Notes: generated from the letters alone by a model not told the origin. A stretch of 64,000 bases of DNA from a virus (IMGVR_UViG_2899815622_000003:1546-65545); one strand, 5' to 3'; numbered from the stretch's first letter, positions 1 through 9,632 are shown. Numbers and translations are program-made.

Positions 1-906
1 TTTGTTCGCCAATACACCGCTCGAAACTGCTTCCACGTCATAGGGTTCGGTGTAAAGCGTCGCCTCAAATTCCTTGTATTCCTCGAACGCCTTCTTAGGC
101 AGGTCGACCGGCATCGGAATGAACTGCGGATCGTCAACCACTTTCTCTTGCGGGATAGTGACAACCAGGTGTTCAATTTTCGAGAGGATTTTTTCCTCAG
201 CGCCCGGCTTGATAGTGATCGTGTGATTGAAACGATCCCGGTCGAAAAATTCCTTTTCGAAATCCGACTTGCTACGGCCGAGGGCCTTACCCTGGTCCAG
301 CAAGTAAGTTTGCGCCCAAAGATCAATTACGCCCTGAGGCGCAGGTGTGCCTGTGAGGAGGAATATGCGCTCGATCTTCCGGCGCGCGGTCGTCATGATG
401 CCGAACCGGGTCATGTTGCCACCTTTGGAAGCTCGCACGGTCCCGTCGGTTCGTTTGATCTTGGTGGCTTTGGTCCGCGCCTCCCCCGCCTTGAAGCGGC
501 TGGACTCGTCGATAATGACCGTGTCCCAAATCCAGTTTTCGACCGTTCGGATGTGCTTGGACAGCCAAGGAAGGTTTTCCGGATTAATGGTGGTGATCTC
601 GGCACGACGTGCGATCGCCGCAGCCCGCTCATCGGCATCACCAACAGCGATGGCGCATGAAAGTGCCTGCGTGTGTGCCCACGCCTTAACTTCATCGTGC
701 CAAGTGTTCAGCGCGACATACCGGGGCGCAATGACCAGGACATGATCGGTGTCAAAACGGTTCAACAGATGGGTTAATCCATCAAGGGTGGCTCCGGTTT
801 TACCGGAACCCATGCCGCTGATGATCAGCTTCGCCTTTTCCGTGCGAACAATACGGCTGATCACCTGCTGGCCGGCGCGAAGTTCGGAACGAGTTCGAAG
901 GGACAT
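1..906 (-). CDS. SNF2/DEAD-like helicase, N-terminal part (runs off the left edge; not in ORF track)
   Basis: Manual translation from ATG at 906 (TGATG overlap with upstream gene): MSLRTRSELRAGQQ...GMGSGKT (Walker A)...VLVIAP...IDESSRFK (Walker B)...LLTGTP...DLWAQ. Confidence 0.9.
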   Translation of the reverse strand, partial: MSLRTRSELRAGQQVISRIVRTEKAKLIISGMGSGKTGATLDGLTHLLNRFDTDHVLVIAPRYVALNTWHDEVKAWAHTQALSCAIAVGDADERAAAIARRAEITTINPENLPWLSKHIRTVENWIWDTVIIDESSRFKAGEARTKATKIKRTDGTVRASKGGNMTRFGIMTTARRKIERIFLLTGTPAPQGVIDLWAQTYLLDQGKALGRSKSDFEKEFFDRDRFNHTITIKPGAEEKILSKIEHLVVTIPQEKVVDDPQFIPMPVDLPKKAFEEYKEFEATLYTEPYDVEAVSSGVLANK

Positions 907-1541
907 CACAGGCCGTCGAGCAGGTCCAGTTCGCGCGCCGCAGGAGTAGACCAACCTGCCGACGATGTGGATAAGGCTTCAGTGGACGTTGGACGGGCTG
1001 CTCGACGGCGCAAACCCTGCCAGTAAACGGAAACCCACCTCGCCTGATGCATTGCGTCGTCCAAAGCGGTGTGTGCGGTGCCTTCAAGCTTGCCGTCGAA
1101 GTCGACAAGGCCGTCAGCGAGTCGTTTGATCGTGCGGCAATCGCACACGTTCCAGAATTTCCACGGGGCCTGGCGCTCGATGATGCGCCCGAAAGCGTAT
1201 TCGAGGATCGAGATATCGAAGGACGCCCCGTTACCCCACGGCTTCACGCTATCGCCATGTCGCAGACAAAAGTCATGAAACTTCGTGAATACGAGATGGG
1301 CTGGATGCTTCCCGCGCACGACCTTCTGCCTAGCCGCCTCCCCCTGCCCGAGCCACCAGCGGATGGTCGAGCCTGAGGCTTTTCCGTATCGCATCGCATC
1401 TTCGATATCGATCGCCGCATCGAACGTCTCGCCGAGTTCCCCGGTCTCCGGATTGAAGAAGACGGCGCCAATCGCGACGACGGGTGCGTTCACCGCAGTG
1501 CCAAGGGTTTCCAAGTCGATCATCAGGTCGGTGAATTTCAT
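906..1541 (-). CDS. 3'-5' exonuclease, DEDD/DnaQ-like (exo VIII / DUF5051-like)
   Basis: MIDLETLG, WGNGASFDISIL, HTALDDA motifs. Confidence 0.85.
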   Translation of the reverse strand: MKFTDLMIDLETLGTAVNAPVVAIGAVFFNPETGELGETFDAAIDIEDAMRYGKASGSTIRWWLGQGEAARQKVVRGKHPAHLVFTKFHDFCLRHGDSVKPWGNGASFDISILEYAFGRIIERQAPWKFWNVCDCRTIKRLADGLVDFDGKLEGTAHTALDDAMHQARWVSVYWQGLRRRAARPTSTEALSTSSAGWSTPAARELDLLDGL

Positions 1542-3163
1542 AGTAAGTCTCCGATCAATTCCGCCTTCACGCGGCGAGCATCCAAATCAGCAAAGAAGTC
1601 GGCACAGGCTTCGACGAAGACGCGCGTCGCTTCCGCGTCGATCGCGTTTCCGTAACCTTTGAGCATCCCTTGGCGCGACTTGCCTTCAAAGGCGCTGCCA
1701 GATCCCACACGGAAGGCAGACCCATCAACCAGCGGGAATGTGCAGGGCTCAACTGGCCGCCACTTTCCATCTCGGCAAAAGAGCCAATCAGCATCTCGCC
1801 AAAAGCCGTTAGTCGGGCCGGCCCGTTCAAATCGGCCAACAAAGACACCTTCGTCCAGTCGACCAGTTCCTGCGGGCCCAACTCGTCGCTCCGGTTGCCG
1901 CCTCTCTTCCTGAAATTGTCCAGTGTCGGGGTCTGCCAAGCAGCCAGTTGAGCTTGTTCGCAGTGATAGAGCGGAACCGTCGTCTGCCCGTGCTTTTCGA
2001 GACGCTCTCGCGCAATCTTCTCGATTACCTCCGGACTTCTCTCTCGCTCGGCGACTGTCGGCGTCGACCAACCGGTCAAGCTCGTCGCATCCGCTAGGTT
2101 CAGACCGAAGCCCTTCGCCTGACGTGCCTCCGGTGTTTCGCCTTTGCCGTTGTTGGTCGTCGTCGTCGTGGGCCAGCCGCTCAAGATCATCGAGTCTGCA
2201 TACGGCTGCCGGCCGCTCTCGTTGCCCGCCTTCAACGCCTGCGCGATGTCCTGTTCCGTCATCATCGAGGCGGTCACTGTCGGCCAGCCAGCCAAGTTCG
2301 CCTGCCTCGGAAGCTGATCCAACCGCTCTTTCCCGTTGTCCGGTCTCGGAGCTATATCGGCACCCGAGTCCTTCCAGTCCCGCGCCGAAGCTGTCGTCCA
2401 GCCCGCCAATGGTGCTTGATGCGCTAACATCGTTGGCGCTAGGTTGCCCGTCTTTTCGATCGATCGAGCAACGTAACCCTCGGCCGTTCCGCCCGGTTCC
2501 GTCGCCGTCGGAGTCCCCCAATTCGACAACTGCGCTGTCGTCGGGAGAGACAATCCTCCGGCGTTCTCCCGGTTCAGCACTGCGAAGTCTGGACCAGAGG
2601 TGCCGTCCGAAGATCGGCAGGTCGGCCAGCCGACCTGAGACAGATCGAATATCGTAGGCACTGAAACGGAGTCTTTGCCGGATGTGCGGTGCGCCACTGC
2701 CCGCAGAGCAGGTATCAACCGCCCCGATGGCGTAGCTCGCCGCTTCCAGGTCAGTTTGTACAAGGTCGAGCCAACCGAGGCCGTCAGCGCTTGCAACCTG
2801 CTCTCCAAGAACGATGTCAGGGCGGCACTCTCCGATGAGATGGAGGAACGCAGGCCATAAATGCCGCTCGTCATCCATCCCTGCTCCTTTGCCTGCCGCG
2901 GAGAAAGGTTGGCAGGGGCAGCTTCCAGTCCAAACTGCAGTATCATCCGAGATGCCAGCGCAACGGAGGGAGTAACTCCACACTCCGATGCCAGCGAAAA
3001 GATGAACTTGTCGAAATCCTCTAAGGTCATCCCCACGCAGATCTTCGATGCTTCGTCGATCGACAATGCCCGGCGCAATGACTCCGAGGGCAATAAGGTT
3101 TTCGAGCCAGTCTGCGGCGTGGTCGTCGTTTTCGTTGTAGAGGGCATACGGCTTCGCACCCAT
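1538..3163 (-). CDS. DNA cytosine-C5 methyltransferase, alpha-type chain (motifs I-VIII and X, lacks IX)
   Basis: LFAGIG (I), GSCPCQPFS (IV), GEQV (VI), PHIRQR (VIII), LKGYGNAI (X). Confidence 0.9.
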   Translation of the reverse strand: MGAKPYALYNENDDHAADWLENLIALGVIAPGIVDRRSIEDLRGDDLRGFRQVHLFAGIGVWSYSLRCAGISDDTAVWTGSCPCQPFSAAGKGAGMDDERHLWPAFLHLIGECRPDIVLGEQVASADGLGWLDLVQTDLEAASYAIGAVDTCSAGSGAPHIRQRLRFSAYDIRSVSGRLADLPIFGRHLWSRLRSAEPGERRRIVSPDDSAVVELGDSDGDGTGRNGRGLRCSIDRKDGQPSANDVSASSTIGGLDDSFGAGLEGLGCRYSSETGQRERAVGSASEAGELGWLADSDRLDDDGTGHRAGVEGGQRERPAAVCRLDDLERLAHDDDDQQRQRRNTGGTSGEGLRSEPSGCDELDRLVDADSRRAREKSGGNREDCARASRKARADDGSALSLRTSSTGCLADPDTGQFQEERRQPERRVGPAGTGRLDEGVFVGRFERAGPTNGFWRDADWLFCRDGKWRPVEPCTFPLVDGSAFRVGSGSAFEGKSRQGMLKGYGNAIDAEATRVFVEACADFFADLDARRVKAELIGDLL

Positions 3164-3183
3164 GGCTCAAGAATTCCTCTCAA
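1567..3183 (-). CDS. Overlapping alternative-frame MTase beta-type chain: seven TRD-like WxT(P) modules plus motif IX (true start uncertain, possibly ATG at 2874)
   Basis: 538 open codons; repeats [46 protein letters not shown] resembles C5-MTase motif IX. Confidence 0.75.
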   Translation of the reverse strand: MRGILEPWVRSRMPSTTKTTTTPQTGSKTLLPSESLRRALSIDEASKICVGMTLEDFDKFIFSLASECGVTPSVALASRMILQFGLEAAPANLSPRQAKEQGWMTSGIYGLRSSISSESAALTSFLESRLQALTASVGSTLYKLTWKRRATPSGRLIPALRAVAHRTSGKDSVSVPTIFDLSQVGWPTCRSSDGTSGPDFAVLNRENAGGLSLPTTAQLSNWGTPTATEPGGTAEGYVARSIEKTGNLAPTMLAHQAPLAGWTTASARDWKDSGADIAPRPDNGKERLDQLPRQANLAGWPTVTASMMTEQDIAQALKAGNESGRQPYADSMILSGWPTTTTTNNGKGETPEARQAKGFGLNLADATSLTGWSTPTVAERERSPEVIEKIARERLEKHGQTTVPLYHCEQAQLAAWQTPTLDNFRKRGGNRSDELGPQELVDWTKVSLLADLNGPARLTAFGEMLIGSFAEMESGGQLSPAHSRWLMGLPSVWDLAAPLKASRAKGCSKVTETRSTRKRRASSSKPVPTSLLIWMLAA

Positions 3184-3226
3184 AAGTTGAAACTGGCGAC
3201 AAAGAAATGCCGCCAGTTTCCTCGGA

Positions 3227-3949
3227 TCAGAAGTCGAAGTCGTCAGACGCCGAAGTCTTGCTTTCCGATCCCGTGGAGGGTCCGTTGTCGAAGCTGTCGT
3301 CTTCCTCTAGATCGTCAAAGTCGTCAGCGTCAACGTAGATGCCGCCGCCCATGCGCTCGCCTTCCTCGTGCGACCGGATAGCTTCGACCGACGCGAAAAT
3401 ACCGCGAGAGCCTTTGTCCGTGCCGAAGAATGAAACGATCACGTCGGCGTAGACGCCACCGTAGAAGATATCGAGGATTTCGCTTTCCTCGAACACCTTG
3501 CCGGCTTTCAGTTGCTCCGCAGACACCTGATCTCGCAAGCCCCGCTTACGGCGATCAAGGAGCTTCGGACGCTTCTGGCCTCCGGAAGGACCAGACGCGG
3601 AAAATGCGTGGTTACCCTCGTAACCGGCATAAACTTTGCCCTCTTTGTTCTTGAACTTTTCACCCTTACGAAAGCAAACTCGCTTCGGGTTGTCTTCGAG
3701 GATATCCTTATAGGCGTCGGCGTTCTTCCACTGTTTTTCACCGGCAGCGCGGATCGCCGACATGATCTTTTTCTGGTTCTCCTCGTAGTGAGGGGAATCC
3801 TTTTCATTGATCACGTTCAAACCGTGCTTCGGCACGGCGTTCGGATCATCGCTCGTCTTCTTTTTGTCCTTGAGGGAGTCGGTGAAGGAGAGACGTACCC
3901 GCTTCAGTTGGACAGTGCGGCCATCGGTGGCCTTATCTTCAATAGCCAT
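3227..3949 (-). CDS. ssDNA-binding protein, DUF2815 family
   Basis: [15 protein letters not shown], acidic tail ending DDFDF; lies next to DUF2800 gene. Confidence 0.8.
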   Translation of the reverse strand: MAIEDKATDGRTVQLKRVRLSFTDSLKDKKKTSDDPNAVPKHGLNVINEKDSPHYEENQKKIMSAIRAAGEKQWKNADAYKDILEDNPKRVCFRKGEKFKNKEGKVYAGYEGNHAFSASGPSGGQKRPKLLDRRKRGLRDQVSAEQLKAGKVFEESEILDIFYGGVYADVIVSFFGTDKGSRGIFASVEAIRSHEEGERMGGGIYVDADDFDDLEEDDSFDNGPSTGSESKTSASDDFDF

Positions 3950-3995
3950 TTTCTCAGTTTCCTGTTGTTCGGTAGTTCGGTTGCAGCGGCTGTAG

Positions 3996-5294
3996 TTAGT
4001 CGAGGTCGTCAAATTGATCCGCAATCGGCGTGACCTCTAACGCCGGTTTCGGGTGGTCAACGGGAACCAGCTTCGGCTTCCCGTCTGGTCGATCGACCAG
4101 TTCCTGCAGAGCGTCCCACGGTTCGGGCATGCCCTTTTTTCGCTTGCCCGGCTTCATGAGCCTGTCGATATCGGTGAAACCGATAAGCTGCTTGGGCTTG
4201 TAAGCTTTGTCTCCCAGTGCGCCGACCAGAATGGCCTCTGCCTCCGCAGGCACAGTGAAATACCTATTACCAAGGGCGCCATCGATGGCCTTGGAACCGG
4301 GGTCGGGGTCGCCATCCAGCGCCGCCTGAAGCGACTGCTGGTGTAGTTCGGTGAGCCAGGCACGTGCGGCCTTGGAATGATTGACGATGTAGAAGCGCAG
4401 CGCACGCGGCATCTGCGCGGGGTCTTTGAACTTGGGCTCAGGCTCGCTAGGGTCGAGCAGCGCGCTGCCAAACATCTGCACGAGCCACTGATTGCGCGCC
4501 GCACAACCGCGCTTCGTCTTGCGAACCGGGCACCAACGGCAGCCCTTTGTCGACGGAACGAATTCCACGTCGCCGCGCTCGATCCGCGAGAATACCCGTT
4601 TCACTTCCTCGCCAAACTCCAGCAACTCCGCGATCGTGATTTCCCAAAACTTCATTCCACCCGCGCGAGGCTGGTCGATATTGAGAACGACATCCTCGAT
4701 CTGCGGGCGACCAAAGTATTCCCAAGCGCCGAGGGCATAGAGACGGAGCTGCCTGGTGCCGACAACCTCGACAGGCTCCCCTGCTCCATCCTTGTAGTCG
4801 CTGACGCCAAGCATCTTTCGGTACAGGAATGCAGTGTCGCAGGTTCCAAATTGACCGGGTAACCAGTGCGACAGGTCAACACGTATCTCAACGAGCGGAT
4901 TGCTGGTGTGCTGGCGGATCCAGTCGATACCGGCAACAAGACGATCGGCCATATGGTCGTCAATCTCGAACGAATGACCGTCGGCTGTAAGCGTAGCACC
5001 GACGAAGTGATGCGGATCGCATCCGAGATCAAGGCAATGCTCCCTGATCTCATGCATAACTGTCCCTTCGGCCGAATAGGCGGTGGAATCCCGGCTGAGA
5101 TCAAGCGTTTCGCCTTCATACGCGGAGTATTCCTGCTCATCGTCATCATCGACGATAGGCGCGTCGCAATCCTCATCGAGATCGCTCTCGCTCAGTTCAC
5201 CCTTGGCGACCAAATGGTCGATCAGCGCGACCGAAGCCGTGCAGGTCATCCACCGATCAGCCGATGAGGGCGATAATCGAGCGTGCGCCTTCAT
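3996..5294 (-). CDS. DUF2800 / Cas4-like PD-(D/E)xK exonuclease
   Basis: HARLSPSSADRWMTC, FGTCD, SDYKDG, QLRLYALGA, CRWCP. Confidence 0.85.
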   Translation of the reverse strand: MKAHARLSPSSADRWMTCTASVALIDHLVAKGELSESDLDEDCDAPIVDDDDEQEYSAYEGETLDLSRDSTAYSAEGTVMHEIREHCLDLGCDPHHFVGATLTADGHSFEIDDHMADRLVAGIDWIRQHTSNPLVEIRVDLSHWLPGQFGTCDTAFLYRKMLGVSDYKDGAGEPVEVVGTRQLRLYALGAWEYFGRPQIEDVVLNIDQPRAGGMKFWEITIAELLEFGEEVKRVFSRIERGDVEFVPSTKGCRWCPVRKTKRGCAARNQWLVQMFGSALLDPSEPEPKFKDPAQMPRALRFYIVNHSKAARAWLTELHQQSLQAALDGDPDPGSKAIDGALGNRYFTVPAEAEAILVGALGDKAYKPKQLIGFTDIDRLMKPGKRKKGMPEPWDALQELVDRPDGKPKLVPVDHPKPALEVTPIADQFDDLD

Positions 5295-5297
5295 AGG

Positions 5298-5489
5298 TCA
5301 GTCCATCCGAGCGCGGACGAAGCAATCCTTCGCCTCAAGAAGATGGCGCAGGCCGGCAGACTTCTCCGGGCCGTCGGGCAGTTCTTCTTCCATCGCACGT
5401 GCCAACGACGCGCACTGACGCGAGACTTCCTTGAGACCGGGGTCGCGAAGGTGCTCAAACGTGAAATACTTCATAATGGGGGAAGGCAT
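5298..5489 (-). CDS. Small helical-hairpin protein, possibly Acb2/Tad1-like anti-defence sponge
   Basis: AGGAGA RBS; FxFxHL...LPDGPEKSAGLRHLLEAKDCFVRA pattern. Confidence 0.5.
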   Translation of the reverse strand: MPSPIMKYFTFEHLRDPGLKEVSRQCASLARAMEEELPDGPEKSAGLRHLLEAKDCFVRARMD

Positions 5490-5639
5490 GTCTTTCTCCT
5501 GAAGGCGTTTGGGGAGGAAGCGCAGAGGTGGGAGGCGGTGGAACCTGGACCACTTTGTCGGGAGGAGGAGAACATTGCAGTCCTACTCTGCGCTTCCCGC
5601 CGAAACGCCCCCGACCGAAGTCGGAGAGCGTCGTCGGTG

Positions 5640-6125
5640 TCAAACGAGATCGTCGTCGACCGTCTTGGGCGTGGTGATGTCGCCCTTTTCCTTGAGCTTC
5701 GCGATCTGTGACTTGAAGAGATCGTGAGCTTCGGGCTGGATTGTGCTGAAGAGGCCTTTGCCGGCTTCGACCTTGGGGTCGCGGATTTTCTCGTGATTGA
5801 GAAGCGCCTTGACCTTTTCCTTGCGGGCGGCCCGCTCTTCTTCACGATCACTGGCGCCGATATAGTCGCTCGCCGCATCGGTCAGCGCCTCGATCGGATT
5901 AACGCGGTTTTCGGGGGATTCGGAGATGGCCGCCTTCTTGTCTTCGGCAGGCTTGTCGTCCTTGGTGGCCTTCGTTGAAGCCTTCGACCCGGTAGCGGCG
6001 GCAGCCGTGGTCTTCTCGATCGCGTCTGCGCGCAGATCGTGCAGTGCCTGGGTGATATTGGTGAGTTTCGTAACTGCGGCTGTCAGTTCGGTAAGCTGTG
6101 CTTCTAAGCTCAATGTCGTCTCCAT
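5640..6125 (-). CDS. Hypothetical protein, first gene of leftward replication operon
   Basis: 161-aa ORF with N-terminal coiled coil and Ala/Lys linker; ends VDDDLV. Confidence 0.75.
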   Translation of the reverse strand: METTLSLEAQLTELTAAVTKLTNITQALHDLRADAIEKTTAAAATGSKASTKATKDDKPAEDKKAAISESPENRVNPIEALTDAASDYIGASDREEERAARKEKVKALLNHEKIRDPKVEAGKGLFSTIQPEAHDLFKSQIAKLKEKGDITTPKTVDDDLV

Positions 6126-6137
6126 CGGTCAGCGTTG

Positions 6138-6232
6138 AATTACACTTCCTTCGTGTAATTTCAATTTTTATGGCACAAGCTCGATATCGTTGCAACACTT
6201 TGTTGGAATTATTTCTCACCTATGTTGAAATT
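6138..6232. promoter_or_regulatory. Divergent control region with three 23-bp operator-like sites (6138-6160, 6188-6210, 6210-6232)
   Basis: AATTACAC-N7-GTGTAATT has perfect arms; two degenerate copies follow; lies between divergent genes. Confidence 0.65.
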
Positions 6233-6281
6233 ATGAAATCACACGACTAAGGTGCGTCCAGATTTCATAAGAGGTTCGAAT

Positions 6282-6566
6282 ATGGATCAGCCCGAGAATA
6301 ACAAAGAGCTGTACGAGGGGGAGCTTTACGGCTTGCTTCGCGACAAACTACCGTCGGAATATGTCCACGACGGCAAGGTGAACACCCGTCTTTTAAGCGA
6401 AGCAACTGAAAATGCTCGCTTTACGATCTATCGCTGGTTCCACGAGAACAAGTTATCACCGAAGGCTATCAAATCCCTTCTGGCAGTTTCCGCCAAGGCC
6501 GCTCGACCGGACGAAAAGGACCGACTCACTAAGAATGATCTGATTCCGTTCCTTCCCATCCCCTGA
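6282..6566 (+). CDS. Small HTH-type regulator (repressor/Cro-like candidate)
   Basis: GAGG RBS; LSEATENARFTIYRW HTH-like segment; divergent position upstream of primase. Confidence 0.6.
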   Translation: MDQPENNKELYEGELYGLLRDKLPSEYVHDGKVNTRLLSEATENARFTIYRWFHENKLSPKAIKSLLAVSAKAARPDEKDRLTKNDLIPFLPIP

Positions 6567-6585
6567 TCGAACGGGACAGTAATCC

Positions 6586-9006
6586 ATGCTCACCGAAAAC
6601 CTCGCTCTCATCGAAGCGGGCGCCGCGCTGCATTGGCTGCGACCTCGCGACAAGATGCCGATCGAAGAACACTGGTCTTCCGCACCGCGCTATACGGCCG
6701 AGCAGCTTCGCAATAGCTATCGCCAAGGTAACAATGTCGGTCTGCGAACCGGGGAACCTTCCTCGGTCGACGGCTTGTACCTGCATGTCATCGACCTTGA
6801 CATCCGCAAGTCCGAGAAAGCAGACGAGGCATGGTGTGCCCTGATCGAAATGATGCCGGCCGCCAGAAACCTGCCACGGGTCATCTCAGGTTCGGGTGGT
6901 GAAAGCCGCCATATCTACTTCCTCTCAAGAGAGCCGCTCGCCAGCAAGAAGCTGCGTAAATCCGACGGTTGGGAAATGGTATTCGACCCCAAGAAGGGGC
7001 GTGACGTAAAGAAAAACGACTGGGAAGTCGACCTGAAAGGCACAGGCACGCAAGTCGCCATACCGCCGTCGATCCACCCTGACACCGGCAAGCCCTATCG
7101 GTGGGAACGCCCGCTCGATCTGGATTTCGCAGAGCTTATGGTCGCGAAGATCAGCGGCGCGCGTGCTGCAGCCGCCGAAGCTGATGACGATGACGATGAC
7201 CTGTTTGCAATCGTGCGGGCCGACCCGCTCGACATCGACGAAGACGAAATTCAGGCAATCCTAGACGACCTTCCGGAAGACTGGGTAGACGATCGCGACT
7301 ACTGGCTTACCGTCGGGATGGCGTTCCATCATCAGTTCCGTGGTGAGGATGAAGGGTTTGAAGCTTGGTGCGACTGGTCCGAGCAGTCGGCGAAGTTTGA
7401 CCGCAAATATTCCGAGGTCAGGTGGAATTCCTTCAAGGGTAAGCCACACCCGGTTACGTTCAGAACGCTGATCCAGGCCGCCAACAGCAATCGTATGTCG
7501 CAGGATCTCGATCTCGATATCGAGACTGATTTCGACAAGCCTGTGATCGATTTATCAGACCTTTTAGGCGATGCGCCCTCCCCAGTTCCCGCGAAAGCGG
7601 AGATCGTCGACGAGATCGACCCCAACTGGATGCAGCGTTTCCATCGTAACGAAGAAGGCGAGTTAAAAACCACCCTTCCAAACATCAATCTGATCGTCGA
7701 GAACGATCTGCGCGTCCGCGGGATCGCCCATTTCAACGAATTCGCACAGGAAGTGGTGCTCCGTGCGTCACCGAAACGCGCAAAAAAGAAGCGTGACGCG
7801 GCCTATGAGCCGGTCAATCTGGACAGTTCCATCTGGAAGGTGAAGGACGAGCTGAACGGCGACAACTGGACCGATAGCCATGATATCGCCGTCCGGTCGC
7901 TAATCGAGACCAAAACGCAGCTTCAAGGCTACGGCATCAAGGTTGCGGACCGCGATTTACGTGGTGCGATCGATATGGCAGCCCATAAGCGCTCATTCCA
8001 TCCGGTCAAGGAAGTGATCACGTCTGTCACCTGGGACGGTGTGCCGCGCGCGGAAACTATGTTCATCGATTATCTCGGGTGCGAGGACAACACCTATAAC
8101 CGACAGGCTGCCCTCCTCACTCTCGTCGGCGCCGTTGCCCGCATCTTCCAACCCGGTCACAAGTTCGACTTCGTGCCGATCCTTGAAGGAGCGCAGGGCA
8201 AAGGTAAATCAACCTTCGTCGAGGTTCTCGGACTGGAATGGTACGGCGAATTGACCGGCGATGTAGGCGACCCCAAGCAGATGATCGAAGTCATGCAGGG
8301 AAAGTGGATCCTTGAACTGGGCGAACTTTCAGCGATGCAGCGTTCGGAGGTCAACGACCTTAAAGCGTTCGTAAGCCGCACCCACGACAAGGCTCGTCTC
8401 GCATGGGAAAAGCGCGCCAAGGAGTTCGGCCGCCAGTGTATTTTCATCGGCTCCACCAATGATCGGGAATACCTGCGCGACCAGACCGGTAACCGGCGCT
8501 TCTGGCCGATTATTTGCCACCTCCCCGACGGTCAATTGATCGACAACCTGAAATTCAAAAAGAACGTCATGCAGATTTGGGCCGAGGCCGTCTCGATCTA
8601 TCACGAGATGTGCAAGACCTACGCCTACCTGCCGGCGCTTCCGCTTTACATGAAGGATGAGGCCGCTCAGATTGCCCTCGAGATGCAGGAAAGCCGGCGC
8701 GTTGAGACCTCCGAAGAGATGCTGGCGGGCGAGATCATTGCATGGCTCGACACTGCACTCGGGGCCGAATTCGACGACTTGGACGACGACATTCCGAAGA
8801 TCTACCGCAATGAAACATGCATAGCGCAGGTCTGGCACGAGATGATGGGCCGCGACGGCTCTATCCCGCACACCGAGGCGATGAAGCTCGGAAAGGCGCT
8901 ACAGCTCGTCGGATGGGATCGCTCAAAGGGTCCAGTTGCATCGTCAGAATTGAACCGAAAATACGGAAAATGCCGCGTCTACACGCGTCCTGACGAAATT
9001 GAATAG
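6586..9006 (+). CDS. Primase-helicase: Prim-Pol + PriCT-2 + VirE/VapE SF3-like helicase
   Basis: VIDLDIR, SGSGG..HIYF, IPPSIHP; WLTVGMAFH...WS; GAQGKGKST; IGSTN...DQTGNRRFWP. Confidence 0.92.
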   Translation: MLTENLALIEAGAALHWLRPRDKMPIEEHWSSAPRYTAEQLRNSYRQGNNVGLRTGEPSSVDGLYLHVIDLDIRKSEKADEAWCALIEMMPAARNLPRVISGSGGESRHIYFLSREPLASKKLRKSDGWEMVFDPKKGRDVKKNDWEVDLKGTGTQVAIPPSIHPDTGKPYRWERPLDLDFAELMVAKISGARAAAAEADDDDDDLFAIVRADPLDIDEDEIQAILDDLPEDWVDDRDYWLTVGMAFHHQFRGEDEGFEAWCDWSEQSAKFDRKYSEVRWNSFKGKPHPVTFRTLIQAANSNRMSQDLDLDIETDFDKPVIDLSDLLGDAPSPVPAKAEIVDEIDPNWMQRFHRNEEGELKTTLPNINLIVENDLRVRGIAHFNEFAQEVVLRASPKRAKKKRDAAYEPVNLDSSIWKVKDELNGDNWTDSHDIAVRSLIETKTQLQGYGIKVADRDLRGAIDMAAHKRSFHPVKEVITSVTWDGVPRAETMFIDYLGCEDNTYNRQAALLTLVGAVARIFQPGHKFDFVPILEGAQGKGKSTFVEVLGLEWYGELTGDVGDPKQMIEVMQGKWILELGELSAMQRSEVNDLKAFVSRTHDKARLAWEKRAKEFGRQCIFIGSTNDREYLRDQTGNRRFWPIICHLPDGQLIDNLKFKKNVMQIWAEAVSIYHEMCKTYAYLPALPLYMKDEAAQIALEMQESRRVETSEEMLAGEIIAWLDTALGAEFDDLDDDIPKIYRNETCIAQVWHEMMGRDGSIPHTEAMKLGKALQLVGWDRSKGPVASSELNRKYGKCRVYTRPDEIE

Positions 9007-9033
9007 GATCGAACTTCGATTGTGTTGCATTTG

Positions 9034-9055
9034 ACCCCGCTACGGCGGGGTTTTT
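9034..9055 (+). terminator. Rho-independent terminator
   Basis: ACCCCGC-TACG-GCGGGGT followed by T run, after the primase stop. Confidence 0.85.
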
Positions 9056-9173
9056 GCTGAGATGCGATATGTCCTATTTGCCCGAAAGTGGGATGTATCT
9101 TAACTGACACGAGATCGATCTGAGCGCATTTTCTGCGGAAATTGCCTACATTCAAACTGAAAAACATCTCCGC

Positions 9174-9480
9174 TCACCCTCTCACCCTCTCTCACCCTCC
9201 CAAGGCGGTGACAAAAACCTAGGGTGAGCGAGAATAATTGTTTAATTACAATAATTTAGGCTGGTGCGCTCACCCTCTCACCCAAATCACCCTGATCCCC
9301 TATTCTTTCTCGTATTTACCCCTTTTCACTACATCCACTGTCTCGTGCTTCGCACTGATTTCACCCCTCTATATTTATCTTACTATACTTTTAGGGTGAG
9401 AAGGGTGAGAGGGTGAGACTCCATTGAAATCATTGAGGTTTTTCCGCTCACCCTGCCGCTCACCCTGTCTGATAGGGTGA
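9174..9480. repeat. Iteron cluster TCACCC(T)/AGGGTGA, probable replication origin
   Basis: About 9 forward and 5 reverse copies flanking AT-rich spacers, directly downstream of the primase-helicase. Confidence 0.7.
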
Positions 9481-9588
9481 GAGCGGTTTCTCTGATCGAT
9501 TTCAACCCATTTTCCCGTCCGAATATTACTATATTACGCCTCAAAAGTCGTTTCGCTGCCGAAATATTCAAATTGCGCGTGAATCGCG

Positions 9589-9632
9589 GTCGGTGTCTCC
9601 CGCCCCCTCGGCGCCACCCCCAGGAAGGACCC
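9589..9632 (-). other. Predicted cos site: cosQ GGGTCCT (9626-9632) and 12-nt cosN GGAGACACCGAC (9589-9600)
   Basis: Minus strand reads GGGTCCT-N25-(GCG)^GGAGACACCGAC^(CGC), the layout of lambda cosQ/cosN; phage has a GpA-type terminase. Confidence 0.6.

Noticed and set aside
1538..3183. Reading the MTase as a frameshifted pseudogene, or as containing an intein or intron
   Set aside because: Both frames are open end to end and carry complementary motifs; no intein splice residues or homing-endonuclease motifs seen
3996..5294. Cas4-like gene as sign of a CRISPR system
   Set aside because: Typical phage DUF2800 nuclease beside DUF2815; no other cas genes and no repeat-spacer array found
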